Notes: generated by a model not told the origin, from the sequence alone. A stretch of DNA of 64,000 nucleotides from Hamiltosporidium tvaerminnensis FI-OER-3-3 (GCA_022605425.2 CM061246.1:1240001-1304000); one strand, 5' to 3'; positions 35,474-47,674 are shown, numbered from the stretch's first letter. Made by a program: numbers and translations.

Positions 35474-35950
35474 GTGGAAAGAGGATAACCACATTAAAAA
35501 CTATCTGCTTGGCAACAATTGTACTGAAATTTGTCAAAGTAATTTTTGACACTTCCATTCATTCGGCCTTGGCACTACAGTCCTGTGCGAGCCTTGGCCT
35601 TGCTTAGTAATATCGCCAGCCGGTCTTTTTCCAGTAGTTTGTTTATTTATTGGGTTTCGTAACAGGTAGTTTTAAAGGGTGGGTTGTTAGCCCTACGTCC
35701 AACCCCAACATGGAGGATAAGTCCCTTTCAGTCGCCTCTTACGACAAGCAGAATATACTCCAAGCCAATTCTGCTCTCGGAATGGTGGGGAATTGTTGCC
35801 ACTTTAGTGGAATATAAACTACACTTGATCTATAGGCCGATCCCCTATAATTTCGAGTTATAACAGATTAAAAGAAACAAATGGAAAACATCCGTTTGTT
35901 CATCCTTGAAACTGAAAGATAAAAGAGGCCCAGAATATGTAGGTAAGTAG
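35474..35950 (+). mobile_element. Short retroposon with the ~720-nt-family head and a (TAAG)n-like tail, carrying a nested insert
   Basis: Homologous to 46947-47173. TSD GTTATC(T/C)ATAAAAA at 35460-35473 and 35951-35964. Confidence 0.8.
35556..35783 (-). mobile_element. Bipartite RTE-derived non-autonomous element
   Basis: Minus strand has GCTTGTCGTAAGAGGCGAC, GGGCTAACAACCC and TGTTACGAAAC (RTE 5'UTR-like), then GGCCAAGGCTCG..CTGTAGTGCC and a GAAT tail (RTE 3'-like). Second copy at 61154-61380. Confidence 0.78.
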
Positions 35951-36625
35951 GTTATCCATAAAAAATATCATTCTAAATATATTAAATTTCAAGGGCAAAT
36001 GACACGAAATTATACATAAACAATAGGAATATCATGTTTTAAATTTTCTTTCGGTGTTTAAAAAAACGAAATGGTAAGTTTCAAAATTAAATTTTTTTGT
36101 TAAAAGAATTTAAATTGAATCCGAAATATAATTTGCTTATAAAAATATGGTTGAAGAAATATAGTCAATAAAATGAATTGATTTTAAATAACGCCCTTTT
36201 TGGGATTCTTATTTCACTTAAAATAAAATGCTAAAAAAAATTATTGAGATAAAAACAAATTTTAATATGTAGTATCATCTTCTAAAAGTTTTTAATTAGA
36301 TAAGTATTAAATACCGACAATATCTAATCTGCTAATAAAAATTAAAAAATATGAACAAGCTAGTTAAAATTTAATTTATATCTAGTTTTAAACTGTAAAT
36401 ACATATTTAGAACGAAACAATGCACAAAAAATAATATTAAGAAATACTAAAAAAGGAAAGATTTAAGTAAAACCCAATCAGTATATCGTGTAATTTATAC
36501 ATGTTAAAACAAAGGCAGTGTTTAACCTTTATTGGGAATCTAGGAATATGTGTCTAAGCATATATATTATCATTAGAAATGATTCTTTCATCAAATTCAC
36601 TATATATCCATTTAAAATTGAATGC

Positions 36626-38974
36626 TTAATTAGGTTTATCAAAATAATCATAAGATTCATTTTCGATTTCTAAAAAGAGCTTGCCATGAGTTCGAAAAAG
36701 TTTTTTAAATTCCTCACAACATATTGTGGATTTAGATAAATTTAACTTTTGAAGATTTTCGAAAATTATTGGAGTAATTTTTATTCTTAAAAATGTCAAA
36801 GAGCAATGAGAAAGATCAATATATTTTAAATTTCTAAATCTTGAAAGTACATTGATCAAACATTGAGATATATAAACATATCTCAAGAATATTTTTTCGA
36901 GTTTTGAATTTTCGATATGTTTTAATAAAGATGTATATATACGACTTTCAAAATTCATGTTCGAGAGATCAAGTTCTTTGAGATTTGAAAAGTATTTAAT
37001 GTTTAAAAAATTATCGACCAATATCGATGATGAGTCTGTATTTAAGCTTGTAATCTTATCAAGTACAGATTTTAAAAATCTTAATAGAAAATTAAATCGT
37101 TTTAGATTGCATTTCTTTAAAATTAAAGTAGTTATTTTTGGGAGTTGTAATATTCTTGTATTCACGGAATCATTGAAAACATTCTCTGACAAATCTAGTA
37201 ATTCTAAATTATCTAGTTTCAACAAAGATAATATATTTAGAAAACCATTGTTGACACCACAACAGATCAATCTTAGCGATATTATATTTTTCATAAAACC
37301 AAAGGTTATTAAACGAGATGCTTCAACTCTAAAGTTGGTTAGATTAAGGGATTGTATAGCAGGTGTTTTAAACTCTTTAGTAAATTTCTCGAAGTCATAT
37401 CTGAAATTTAGAGAATTTAATGATAAAAATTTTAGGTTATTGTAATCAAACAGATACATAGAATTTACATTCTTTATGAAGATTCCACTTAAATTAAGTG
37501 TTACTATTTTTTTTATAAAAAGGGATATATATAATATCTCTACAATATCAACATTCTTAAATACACCACGTAATATCAATGTTTTAATCTCACTAAATAG
37601 CCTAAGTTTTTTTAATAGAAACTCAATATTAATATTCTTCATAAGGATCAATGTTTCTAATGTATCAAAACATAGAAGGAAAATTGATGAAAGAAAATCT
37701 TGTTCTATTGCTGAGAAATCGCATCGTTCCAAATGAAAGCACTTTAAATGGGTAAACAAAGACAACGCCACACACCATTCTTTTGTAATAATCGCATCAG
37801 TAATTTTTATTCTTTTAATCTCGATATTTTTCATAGAAAATATGTGGATTCGATGCATCATTTTAGATATATCCATACTATTTTTAAGCTTCTGTTTGTC
37901 GTAAAAATTTTTTACATGACAATTCTGCAAAACAAATTCCTCCATGTTATTTCTTTCAAATGTATCATTAAGATCTGTATCGAAAAAAAATACTTCGATA
38001 AATCTCAACTTCTTAACTCTTTGATCAATTAATTCGGATATTTCACCGAATATCAAGCATTTATAAAAATGAATTACATCAAAATTTGCACCCAATAAAG
38101 TGTTAAATATTCCATAGAAGACAGCCGAAAATGTTTTTATATTCATATAAACCATCCTTATTTCTATTATACGAGTATTTTTAACTAACCATTCAAAAAC
38201 GTTGAAATTTTTTTTTTCTTTTATTCTACTATGCATAGAATATAATGCCTTTCCTGTTATTACAAAAATAAATTCATTCAAGCTCAAATCCAAATCGTAT
38301 ATTTCTTTCATATAGGATTGAGAATCCAATTCAATGATATTATTTTCTATTCGTGGAAATATGGATATATTATTGAAGAATATCAATAAAATTATTAAGT
38401 ATGGATTTTTCAGATAATGTAATTCCTTAAATTTATATTGTAACATTTCAACAACCAAATTTTGATGGTCATGTGTATTTAACAATTTCTGATACAATAA
38501 TTCCAATCGTTCCCAAAATAAATACGTTATTTCAGATTTTAAAAAATCCAAAATTCGAATAATATTACAGAAATTTTGAAAAGATACGCTTTCAATGACA
38601 CCTGCATCACAGACCAATAATATATAGGATTCAATAAAACTCATCTTTTCTATGTCATTAATGTAAACATCTAACGGCCGATTAATTCGTATCAGATCTT
38701 CTATCGTATAAAACTTAATTTGTATATTTCCATTGTATGGAACAACAAAAATATTTTCGTCTGATACGCTTGAGAATGCTAAAACATTTTTTTTGGTCCT
38801 GTTCTCATCGATTATAGAGAATTTAAATTCCTGTATCACATTCAAAGATGAAATGCTAGCAGTTACAATTTCACTAGGAGGAAATATAAACTTAACCATT
38901 ATACAATCTAATTCACAAAACTGTAAAAAAATCGAAATGATGCTGCAGAAAAAATAACATTGGATCTTATACAT
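36626..38974 (-). CDS. Secreted leucine-rich-repeat protein
   Basis: Hydrophobic N-terminus. Repeated LxxLxLSxN/C units (LELLDLSEN, LKELDLSNM, LKYIDLSHC, LQKLNLSKS). Confidence 0.85.
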   Translation of the reverse strand: MYKIQCYFFCSIISIFLQFCELDCIMVKFIFPPSEIVTASISSLNVIQEFKFSIIDENRTKKNVLAFSSVSDENIFVVPYNGNIQIKFYTIEDLIRINRPLDVYINDIEKMSFIESYILLVCDAGVIESVSFQNFCNIIRILDFLKSEITYLFWERLELLYQKLLNTHDHQNLVVEMLQYKFKELHYLKNPYLIILLIFFNNISIFPRIENNIIELDSQSYMKEIYDLDLSLNEFIFVITGKALYSMHSRIKEKKNFNVFEWLVKNTRIIEIRMVYMNIKTFSAVFYGIFNTLLGANFDVIHFYKCLIFGEISELIDQRVKKLRFIEVFFFDTDLNDTFERNNMEEFVLQNCHVKNFYDKQKLKNSMDISKMMHRIHIFSMKNIEIKRIKITDAIITKEWCVALSLFTHLKCFHLERCDFSAIEQDFLSSIFLLCFDTLETLILMKNINIEFLLKKLRLFSEIKTLILRGVFKNVDIVEILYISLFIKKIVTLNLSGIFIKNVNSMYLFDYNNLKFLSLNSLNFRYDFEKFTKEFKTPAIQSLNLTNFRVEASRLITFGFMKNIISLRLICCGVNNGFLNILSLLKLDNLELLDLSENVFNDSVNTRILQLPKITTLILKKCNLKRFNFLLRFLKSVLDKITSLNTDSSSILVDNFLNIKYFSNLKELDLSNMNFESRIYTSLLKHIENSKLEKIFLRYVYISQCLINVLSRFRNLKYIDLSHCSLTFLRIKITPIIFENLQKLNLSKSTICCEEFKKLFRTHGKLFLEIENESYDYFDKPN

Positions 38975-41900
38975 TTTTATTCTATTTATGACCGTTTGTT
39001 TGTATCTTTTATTTTATACAATAATTTTTCTAGAAAATTTTTGGAGATTAATTTATGATAAAATAAAAAAACGTTTGCATTTTTTAGAACATACTTTCAA
39101 TCTGAAAATATTTAATGGCTAGTTTTTTATCATTCATTTTGTGTTTATTTCACTGGTTTTATTTTACAAAAAACCGAATTAGAAATATTATTATCATTTT
39201 AAAGTGATAAAGAAGTTTTTTTTTGTAAAAAAAATAATTGAAGGTTTAAAAGATTTTAAAGCGATCGCTACAAGCATAGCCGGAATAACAAAAAATGATG
39301 TCAAATTAAGATTTTGAGACTCGTTTGATTAATTTTAAACTATAATATCATCTATTTAAGAATAATTCCAAAATATCGTAAAAGACATTCTTTAAATATT
39401 TTTGACAAATAGAAAAAAAATTAATTATTGTAAATTTATAATTTTTATAAACATTTCAGACCTTTATGTAGCTAGAAACAAAAGAAATTTTCGAAACAAT
39501 TTAAAAGTAAGTCTGATATGTATTTATTAAAAATTTAGCACTAAAGGATTAGAAAACCAATCGCAATCAACTAAAAAATAAAGAGCTATAGAGTCTTTCG
39601 TACGCATTTTTTTGTTTGGCGAATTATTCCATATAGAGACACTTATAAAATAAATAATACTTCATATTTCCTTAATAAACGATTTATCCTAAAAATTTTA
39701 ATATATATATCCAATACCTTAGTCTTTAATAAAAGCAAACATTATTTTATTGCATTAATTTTCACTTATTAATATTTAATATCTAGAAAAACCATAGTAT
39801 TAAACTTTAGTCGAAAATAAACTGATCGATCTAAAAACTTCAAGAATTCCATAAAAATTCCTCCTTGGTTTTTACTACACAAGTAGGAATAGAAAAAAAT
39901 CTTTGAACAATTAGATGGAATATTAGTTTATATAATAAGCCTTGTGCAAGTGCCTTCTTTTTACATTTTGTGTGTCTGAATATTTTTTAAAAAAATCTGC
40001 AGTAGAATGAAAAATAAATTGGTTCTTATTAGAATAGAAAGCAATATGTTTTAGTTCTTTTACTGATACATTCCCTCTGTATGATTCGTTTTAGAATATT
40101 ATAAATATATAAAAAACAATCTTCGAGAAAAAAATTATAAGTTATAATAGAAAATCGAAGCTTACATGAAATAGCGAACAGAAGCTTTAAAATTATTGAC
40201 TGAATAATAGAAGGATTATTGATTTGAATAGAAAGTAAAAATCAACAATGTGACATGCATCATATTGGTTCTATATGTATTATATGATAATACTGCAAAC
40301 ATACTAAGCTTTGTATTGCTTAAAAGCAAACCAAAGAATGAATTTTAATTTTCAAATTCTAATATAGTCTCAAAATAAATGATATGTTATATTCGATTTG
40401 AATAATTGAGTATTGTGAATAATGACTATAGTTATTGACAAATGTTTAAATTTAACTGAACACCAGGATACTTTCTACATTGGCCGGTATGTAAATACTT
40501 CTCAAAATTTTACAGTCGCTTTAAGAAATTGACTGTAGTTTAATTTTAAGCATCTGGTATGATTATAGGTTGTACTATCTTGAGCTTTCACATTTATAGA
40601 ATGTTTTCGGTTTTTTTTATTGAGTTCTACTAGTTATTTCTTACAAAATACATTATTAGAGTCGATATCAACTAATATAAGTAACATGTAGCATTTTTTC
40701 GAAAAAATAATTAATACATTGTGCTTATCCAAAAGTCAAGGCAGCGAATTCTTACAATAAAAATATTTGGATTAATAGAAAAGGTATAACTCTTAAAAAA
40801 AGCGGTTGTAGGAAAAAAATAGAGAAATTATTAGAGTCTACCTAGGGTTGCTATGAAACTATGAAGGAGAATGAAAATAAGATAACGCCTGTAGAGAAAA
40901 TTAAAAAGCTCATTGGTTTTTTCAACGAGAAGAGATATTTCTAATTGTACATGAGGTAAAAGTTTAAAGTTGGAAGTTCGATCGAATTAATAGGGAAAAG
41001 GAGATAAATTTATAGTAAAAAACATCAAAAAAGAAACAAGAATAATGAGTTAAATTCATACATGCCTTGTATGAAACGCGATGTATTGAAAGAGAGTTGG
41101 CATTAACATCAATACCAAGCAAAACCATGACACATGATATAAAATCGATTCATTTGTCATGCAATCACAAACAGATGTTCAATATGAATCCATCCTTGCA
41201 AATCATCAGTATTTTACTAAATTTAATTAACTTCGATCTGATGAACCAAAATCGCTGTTTAGATAGCTTAAGTAGATCCAAATAAGTTTATCCTTATGAG
41301 TTTGCCGTGTATTTTGCAAAATTTACTGTCATAAAATTTACTAAATACACTACTAGTGAACTATGTAGAACTTGGATTGAGTTAAAGATGCTATATGAAA
41401 AGCCAGAATACCCTCAAAGCTTAGGGTACGTAAAAAATACAAATCAAAATTTCAAAACATGCATTTTAGGTAACTGGAAGACAATGAAAGTAAAATTTCA
41501 TCAGAATGTTTGATTTTTTCAGATAAAAAAACTAGCTCTTCATGCTTGCAGAAAATGGAGTCAGTATCATGCGATGTTTGAAAAGAGTTAAAAGTTGCTT
41601 TATAAAGTTTAATATCTATATAAGTTCTGCCTTTAATGAATTCTGAAAGTTAGTATGCGAAAATATCAATAAACCCAAAATAATTTAACACTGTTTAAGA
41701 ATGTGCACTTCAAAATAAGCATACCAACATAAAAACAAAAAAACAACAAGGTAAAGGTAATTATATTGATAGTTGTGTTAGATATATGACTTCGTTACAT
41801 AAAGTATATGCCCATCTTATAATTAAGAAAGAGAAAGAAATGTTTCAGTGCCATCAAATTTTTCGGTATATTGGCCTTAAAAACGTTCGAATGAAACTCA

Positions 41901-42594
41901 ATCATGACTTACAGAAAATTTTCGTTTATAAAAAGAAAGAAACAGCCATATCAATAACGAGGGAGATTTAAGCTAGGAATATAAATTAAAACACCTAAAA
42001 TCCTCTAAAAAAATACATTCTTGCTATGAAGATGGCACATTAAACTTCACATCCCAGATGGCGATAAAGGGTTACCAATGCAAGATATAATATTGCTTTT
42101 GTTCTTGATGCAAAATATATCAATTTTTATAAATTATTCAACAAATATGAACTCTAAAATCTAGTATAAGCAAGGAAATAATTTTAAATATGTAATTTAA
42201 AAGTTATTGTAACAGAGAAATTTCAATGATCGAGATTTCTCTAACAGAATGCGCAAGAATCACATTGATACCAATTCTAAGTTTAAGTTAATGTGGCTGC
42301 AAAACTGAATGAGAATCAAAAATACGAGTATTGCAAAAAAACTATGCTACACGATATTTTAACCAGTGGAAAGTCGCTATAAAAAAAATAAATTTTCTTA
42401 TATTTACCTTTTTTTTGTGTAAATGTATATGTTTTTTTGTTAAACCTACGTATTTTCCATACATATTTACTATGTATTGATATCTTCTTGTTTTTGTATT
42501 TTAAAAAATGTATAAAAAAATAATCAAATTGCTCATTCACTTCGATCAGTATTCATAATATATTAAAGAATAATTGTATATTAACGTAAAATAT

Positions 42595-43295
42595 TTTCAT
42601 TTAAAAATATCACATCTTTTTAAAACAGTGGCATAAATGTTTTTGTTTCAATGGCGTTAACACCGTTCTAGGTTTCACATCTAACTGCCTTAACCCCCCA
42701 TCAGTATCCTCTACGATACCTAAATTCCCATTTTTTTATCTAAAAGTTGATTATAATCTATTTAATAGGCAAAGCAGTTACCAGGTGTTCCTTAATGTTC
42801 GTTACACTGACTGTTATCGAAGCCCACCCTAGACTACCTATGACTATGCAGCATTCCCACTTATTCTACCCATAAAGAACCTAATCTTCTTCCTGCAAAG
42901 ATATATTTGCGACGTACATCGAGATTAACTTGATAGACAATGGCATACCAACAGGTATAACCTGCATCTGAGCTTTTCTGGCTTTCCATGGTGTTATTTT
43001 AATATCACATGGCGCCAAGTCTTCTAATCCGAGTATACAAGGCTAGGTTTCCATGCTTTTACTTGGTACTTCTTACAACTTCAGTTGCGATCTCAGATCT
43101 ATTATATAAAAAACTACAAAATTTATTTTTAGAAAACGTTTCGCCATCTCATAGACCTTCTTCTTCTCATACAAACTCGCATGAACAACCGAAGGCATAG
43201 TATGCTTTTATTCCACCAAAAATACAAACAATGATTTCATCTTCCCCTATTCATTACCAAGTAGAAAGTTTTCTTGTGGTTATTCTCCCTCCACC
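42595..43295 (-). mobile_element. ~720-nt non-coding family, copy D
   Basis: Reverse complement starts GGTGGAGGGAGAATAACCAC and ends TTTTAAAAAGATGTGATATTTTTAAATGAAA. Contains the conserved GCAGGTTATACCTGTTGG and GGGAATGCTGCATAGTC blocks. Confidence 0.85.
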
Positions 43296-43632
43296 ATTAT
43301 ATTATTTAAATTGCAAATATAAAAATATTAAAATGATGACAGAAATTCAACGCCGTAAATAATTTAAATGCAAATAAATATAATTCACTGTTAAAATTCA
43401 GATCTACCAGTTTAAAATTAAATTTGATAGTAAAATAAGTAGTAAATAAATATAAAATTTCATAAAAATTTTAATTATAAATTTGATAGAAAATTGAAAA
43501 AAGGTTGGTTTTAAATAAAAACCAAATCAAGTATTTGAATCAGAAAACATTTAAAGTTTTTTTTAGGTTTTACGCCTAAAATGATACATTCTTTAAATTT
43601 AGTAGTGAAAGGTCAAGTTATAATGAAAATCT

Positions 43633-44505
43633 TCAGACATCTTGAGGTGGCATCCAAAAAACAACAGATGTAGAAGCCGTAACAAATTGTGTATACGCTG
43701 GATTGCATTTTATCAAACCGTGCTCAAAATTTGAATCTTTAAACGTATGCACCTTCTTTTTGTCATCAATTCCATAAACAAACACATGACTACCTGAAGT
43801 ACAAAACAAATATTTTGAATCAGGTGAAGCACAAGCATACGAGACTTTATCAAAACAATGATTATACTTCACCTTTCCTGTCTCAGCACTGACTACTGTA
43901 TGTATATTATTACTGCTTATTATTATATTTTTTGAATCATTAGAGTACTGAATACCAGTTATTTCGTCATGTCCATCAAAGTATATTGTTTTTTCTGGTC
44001 CATAGGTGACATTCCTCATGTCATATTGTTTGACTAACGAATCACCCACATTTACGCAGAATTTATTATTTGAAGAAAATGAAACTATTGAATCGTTTAC
44101 AGATAATTTATAAATAGAATTTTTACAGCGTAAATCCCACACATTTACACAGTCATTAGAAGAAGATAAAAATAAATCATTATTGATATTTGAAGATAAC
44201 GATTTTACCCTTTCACATTTAAAAGACCGGATATATTGATTGTCATATAACGAAAGATATTTTATATAATTTTCTGTTGAATGTAAAATTGTATTTTTAA
44301 AAAGAAATATAAATTTTCTTAACTGTGGAATGTGAATTGTATTGTACAAAATACCGCGTATGGGACAGTAAATTTTTAAAGTATCGTTTGTTGAAACACC
44401 AAATGAAGTTCCGTCATAAAGATAATCTATACAATTCAATTGTGATAATTCTTGAAATACTTTTGCTTCTTTATACGATTTTATTAAATTTTCAGAAAAG
44501 TTCAT
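43633..44505 (-). CDS. SWD2: WD40 protein, Swd2/WDR82-like
   Basis: IKYLSLYDNQYIRSF, FLSSSNDCVNVWDLR, SPDSKYL, CNPAYTQFVTAS. Confidence 0.75.
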   Translation of the reverse strand: MNFSENLIKSYKEAKVFQELSQLNCIDYLYDGTSFGVSTNDTLKIYCPIRGILYNTIHIPQLRKFIFLFKNTILHSTENYIKYLSLYDNQYIRSFKCERVKSLSSNINNDLFLSSSNDCVNVWDLRCKNSIYKLSVNDSIVSFSSNNKFCVNVGDSLVKQYDMRNVTYGPEKTIYFDGHDEITGIQYSNDSKNIIISSNNIHTVVSAETGKVKYNHCFDKVSYACASPDSKYLFCTSGSHVFVYGIDDKKKVHTFKDSNFEHGLIKCNPAYTQFVTASTSVVFWMPPQDV

Positions 44506-44549
44506 GAGGGTTTAAAAATCCGTTTTTTAATTTTTTTGAAAGTTTCAGA

Positions 44550-44730
44550 ACCCAGGAAGTAAAATTCTTGGCTAATGAGTTAGGTCTTATTTATAAATGT
44601 AATATAATCTCTTGTAAGATAAACAAGAATGGTATTATAACTAATAAAATTACATTACTTTGAGAATTTCCGAATGTCAATAAGAATAGAGGCATATATG
44701 CGGTTGATAGTTTATAAAAAGACAGTATAA
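44550..44730 (+). pseudogene. Decayed REL-domain fragment
   Basis: GCTAATGAGTTAGGTCTTATTTATAAATGTA and AGAGGCATAT match the family. Confidence 0.65.
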
Positions 44731-45225
44731 ATCATTTTTGGGCTATAAAAGGATTGGTGTAAAGACCATATTTTTTTTGTTCCTGAAAAAGATGCATACA
44801 TTTATCTCATATAACGAGCAGGGTGAGCATTTCAATAAACTATCAACAGAATAATGACTTAAACATTTTCATCACTTCGAGATTAAAAAGTTTTAATCCT
44901 TTGTTTATTATAAGAGAATCAAAAACGATACATTGGTTTAAAATATATAAATGATTTGCCTTTCTAGGTCGGATAAGTCAACAAAGATGCAAAAAATAAA
45001 CACAATTAAAATAGACCGCATTGAATAGATCTTGAATTTCTATTTTATATGAAACAAAAAAAAGTTTCTTAAAAGCAAAAAAAATAAACTTTAAAAGCAA
45101 AAAAACAATTTATTATGTTTTTGACACATAGAAATCTATTTGGTGAATATTGTATCGAAATTTGTCAAAAATCGAATTTTAATTTATTTTTTAAAATCTA
45201 AAAAAAACCTTGAATTCTAAACATG

Positions 45226-46134
45226 TTAATCATTGAAAACACATTCATAAAAAACGTTCATTAACTTGAATTCTTCTGGTATTTTACATTCTTCTACCGC
45301 TAAAACATCTAATTCTACTAAGTCAGTATAATTATTAAAGAAATCAGATAAACTTGGTTTTGTTCTTCCAAAATCTCCATTTACGAATTCTTTGATATAA
45401 GCACCTGCGCTGCTTATTAAATCTATGATAAGAAAACCGTTTTTTAGTTTTTCTAATTTAATTAATTCAATATATTTTGTTCTAAAAATATTTGATCTTC
45501 TATGTACAACTCTTAAGGGTGTCTTTTGTTGTATTTCTAAAATATTTTGTTTAAAATCAACAATATTTTCATTCGAATGTATAAAACTATTTATGTCATC
45601 GCTAATATGATTTTCATTGTTTCCGGCAAAAGTTTCAACTTTTTCTTTCATATTTAGTATTGCTTTGTTATATGAAAACTGGTTATCATTTTCTAAGTTA
45701 ATTGGTGGAATATTCGACTCCACATTATGTATATTTAAATTCTTTATAAATAACATGGCTCTATAAACTTTATAATGATTCATTTCAGCATTTTTAATGA
45801 TAAATTTGATTTCATCTTTCATCCAAACCAAATCAAAAATTTTGATATTTTTATCCAAATTTATATTCATTTTTTCTTCATTATAAACACCACCTTCAAT
45901 TTCAAGTAAAAATGGTCTTTTACCAACCATCCTAACATTTGCATCTTCTCTTCCACAACTAATAAATTTTACATTTTTTGCTTTGAAATGTTCAGCTATC
46001 GATTTACAGAAATCATTTATAGATTTTTCATATAAAAGTTTTCCATTTATCTTCATTGGTGTCTGACTAATATTTCGTGAAAACTTTGAGTAGAGACCAT
46101 AAATATATTTCGATGGAAAATCTTTTTTTGTCAT
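45226..46134 (-). CDS. PUS10: tRNA pseudouridine synthase Pus10 (catalytic domain only)
   Basis: GLYSKFSRNISQTP, GREDANVR, RPFLLEI, QKTPLRVVHRR, AGAYIKEFVNGDFGRTKPSL, LDVL. Confidence 0.9.
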   Translation of the reverse strand: MTKKDFPSKYIYGLYSKFSRNISQTPMKINGKLLYEKSINDFCKSIAEHFKAKNVKFISCGREDANVRMVGKRPFLLEIEGGVYNEEKMNINLDKNIKIFDLVWMKDEIKFIIKNAEMNHYKVYRAMLFIKNLNIHNVESNIPPINLENDNQFSYNKAILNMKEKVETFAGNNENHISDDINSFIHSNENIVDFKQNILEIQQKTPLRVVHRRSNIFRTKYIELIKLEKLKNGFLIIDLISSAGAYIKEFVNGDFGRTKPSLSDFFNNYTDLVELDVLAVEECKIPEEFKLMNVFYECVFND

Positions 46135-46192
46135 TTGGGATAAACTTGAAATATAAAAATAAATAGAAAAAAGAAAATTTTTTTACGTAAAA

Positions 46193-46921
46193 AGTGGAGG
46201 GAGGATAACCACATAAAAACTTTCTGCTTGGCAATGAGTGTGTGAACTGGTGTGAAGATCATTGTTTGGATTTTTGGTGGGAATAAAACCACAGTATATC
46301 TTCGTTTGTTTCACGTGAGTTGTTATGAGGAGGAGAGGTTTAAGAAATGGAGAAACTTTGTCTATAAATTTATTTGTAGTTTTTTATGTAACCAGAATCG
46401 TAGACCACAGCTGAACATCTAGGTAATTGCCATATAAAAGGATTGAAAACCTAGCCTTGCTCACTCGGGCCAGAAGACTTAGCGCTTGGGAGATATAAAA
46501 ATAAAAACCATTGAAAGCCGGGAGAGCTAAGTAGCAGGTTATACCTGTTGGTAGGACATTGCATTGTCTAGGTGGACCCCATGTAAATCTCTGAAATATA
46601 TCTTAGCTAGAAGTTTATTGGGTTCAGAAAGTGTAGAGTAAGTGGGAATGCTGCATAGTCTTGGGGGAGCCTAGATAAGGCTTCGGCTTTCGGTCACACT
46701 TCATGCAGCGGACATTAAAGAACTCCGGGCAACTGTCTCGCCTATAAATTAGGTTCTAAACACCTGGTAGATAAAAGGCTTTGGGACGTAGGTATCGCAG
46801 GGGTTACCGATGGAGTGTTAGGGTAGCAGTCATTTATGTTAAACCTAGAACTGCGTTAATGTCATAAAAACAAATCTAAAACTTGCCACTATTTTAAAAA
46901 GATGTGATACTTTTAAATAAA
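46193..46921 (+). mobile_element. ~720-nt non-coding family, copy B
   Basis: Closest relative of copy A, colinear end to end. Confidence 0.88.
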
Positions 46922-46946
46922 TATTTTATAAAATTAACAGTACCAG

Positions 46947-47173
46947 GTGGAGAGAGGATAACCACATTAAAAACTTTCTGTTTGATAATGAATGTGTACA
47001 ATTCGTATTAAAATCTTTACTGCAATTATGTTGGTGTATATACCACACCGGATCTATAAGGCCAATCCTTTATAATCCCGAGTTACAGCTGATTTAAAGA
47101 AACAAATGTTAAATTTTCATTTGTTCATCCTAGACACTGAGAGGTAAAAGAGGAGCGGAATAAGTAAGTAAGT
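46947..47173 (+). mobile_element. Short retroposon with shared head and (TAAG)n tail
   Basis: Head GGTGGAGAGAGGATAACCAC, tail AATAAGTAAGTAAGT. TSD ATTAACAGTAC at 46933-46943 and 47174-47184. Confidence 0.82.
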
Positions 47174-47600
47174 ATTAACAGTACTTTAGATTCGAAAATT
47201 TTTCGAAATATTTAATTTTTATGTGTCCCCTTCCTCCCACAGGTGTACTAAACATACGCAATAGAATTTTTTGACTAATATAGCATTAATTTTGTTTATA
47301 ATACCACATTCTATTTGTTATATTCGAGAAACTTTTTGGCATAATATAATGTGAATGGGATTGTAAAAATGCAACAAACTCGTATTTTTATTTTAGATAT
47401 TTCACTTATTTTAAAATTTGTTAGTTATATTTATAAATGCTATTTGATTTTGTCTCATATAAATTTAAATTTATATTTAAAACTTAGTTTGTTTGATATA
47501 AAATTCTAAATTAAACCAAAAAAATCTTCGAATGAATTTCTATTTATATCAATTGTAACATTTTAATACTCATTTTATAGTAACACAAATAGAAATTACA

Positions 47601-47674
47601 GCTTCCGTAGCTCAGTAGGTTAGAGCGTCGTGCTAATAACGCGAAGGTCCTGGGTTCGATCCCCAAGGGAAGCA
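47601..47674 (+). tRNA. tRNA-Ile (AAT)
   Basis: Cloverleaf with TAGCTCAGTAGG, anticodon loop CTAATAA and GGTTCGATCC. Followed by an oligo-T terminator. Confidence 0.9.

Noticed and set aside
35895-35910. U6-like CAAGGATGAAC on the minus strand
   Set aside because: Only 11 nt, with no ACAGAGA box or AGC triad at the expected spacing.
46947-47000. HDV-like ribozyme at the shared head (G-start, 7-9-bp P1-like stem)
   Set aside because: The 19-nt loop cannot hold P2, P3 and L3, and no matching J4/2-P2 strand was found.
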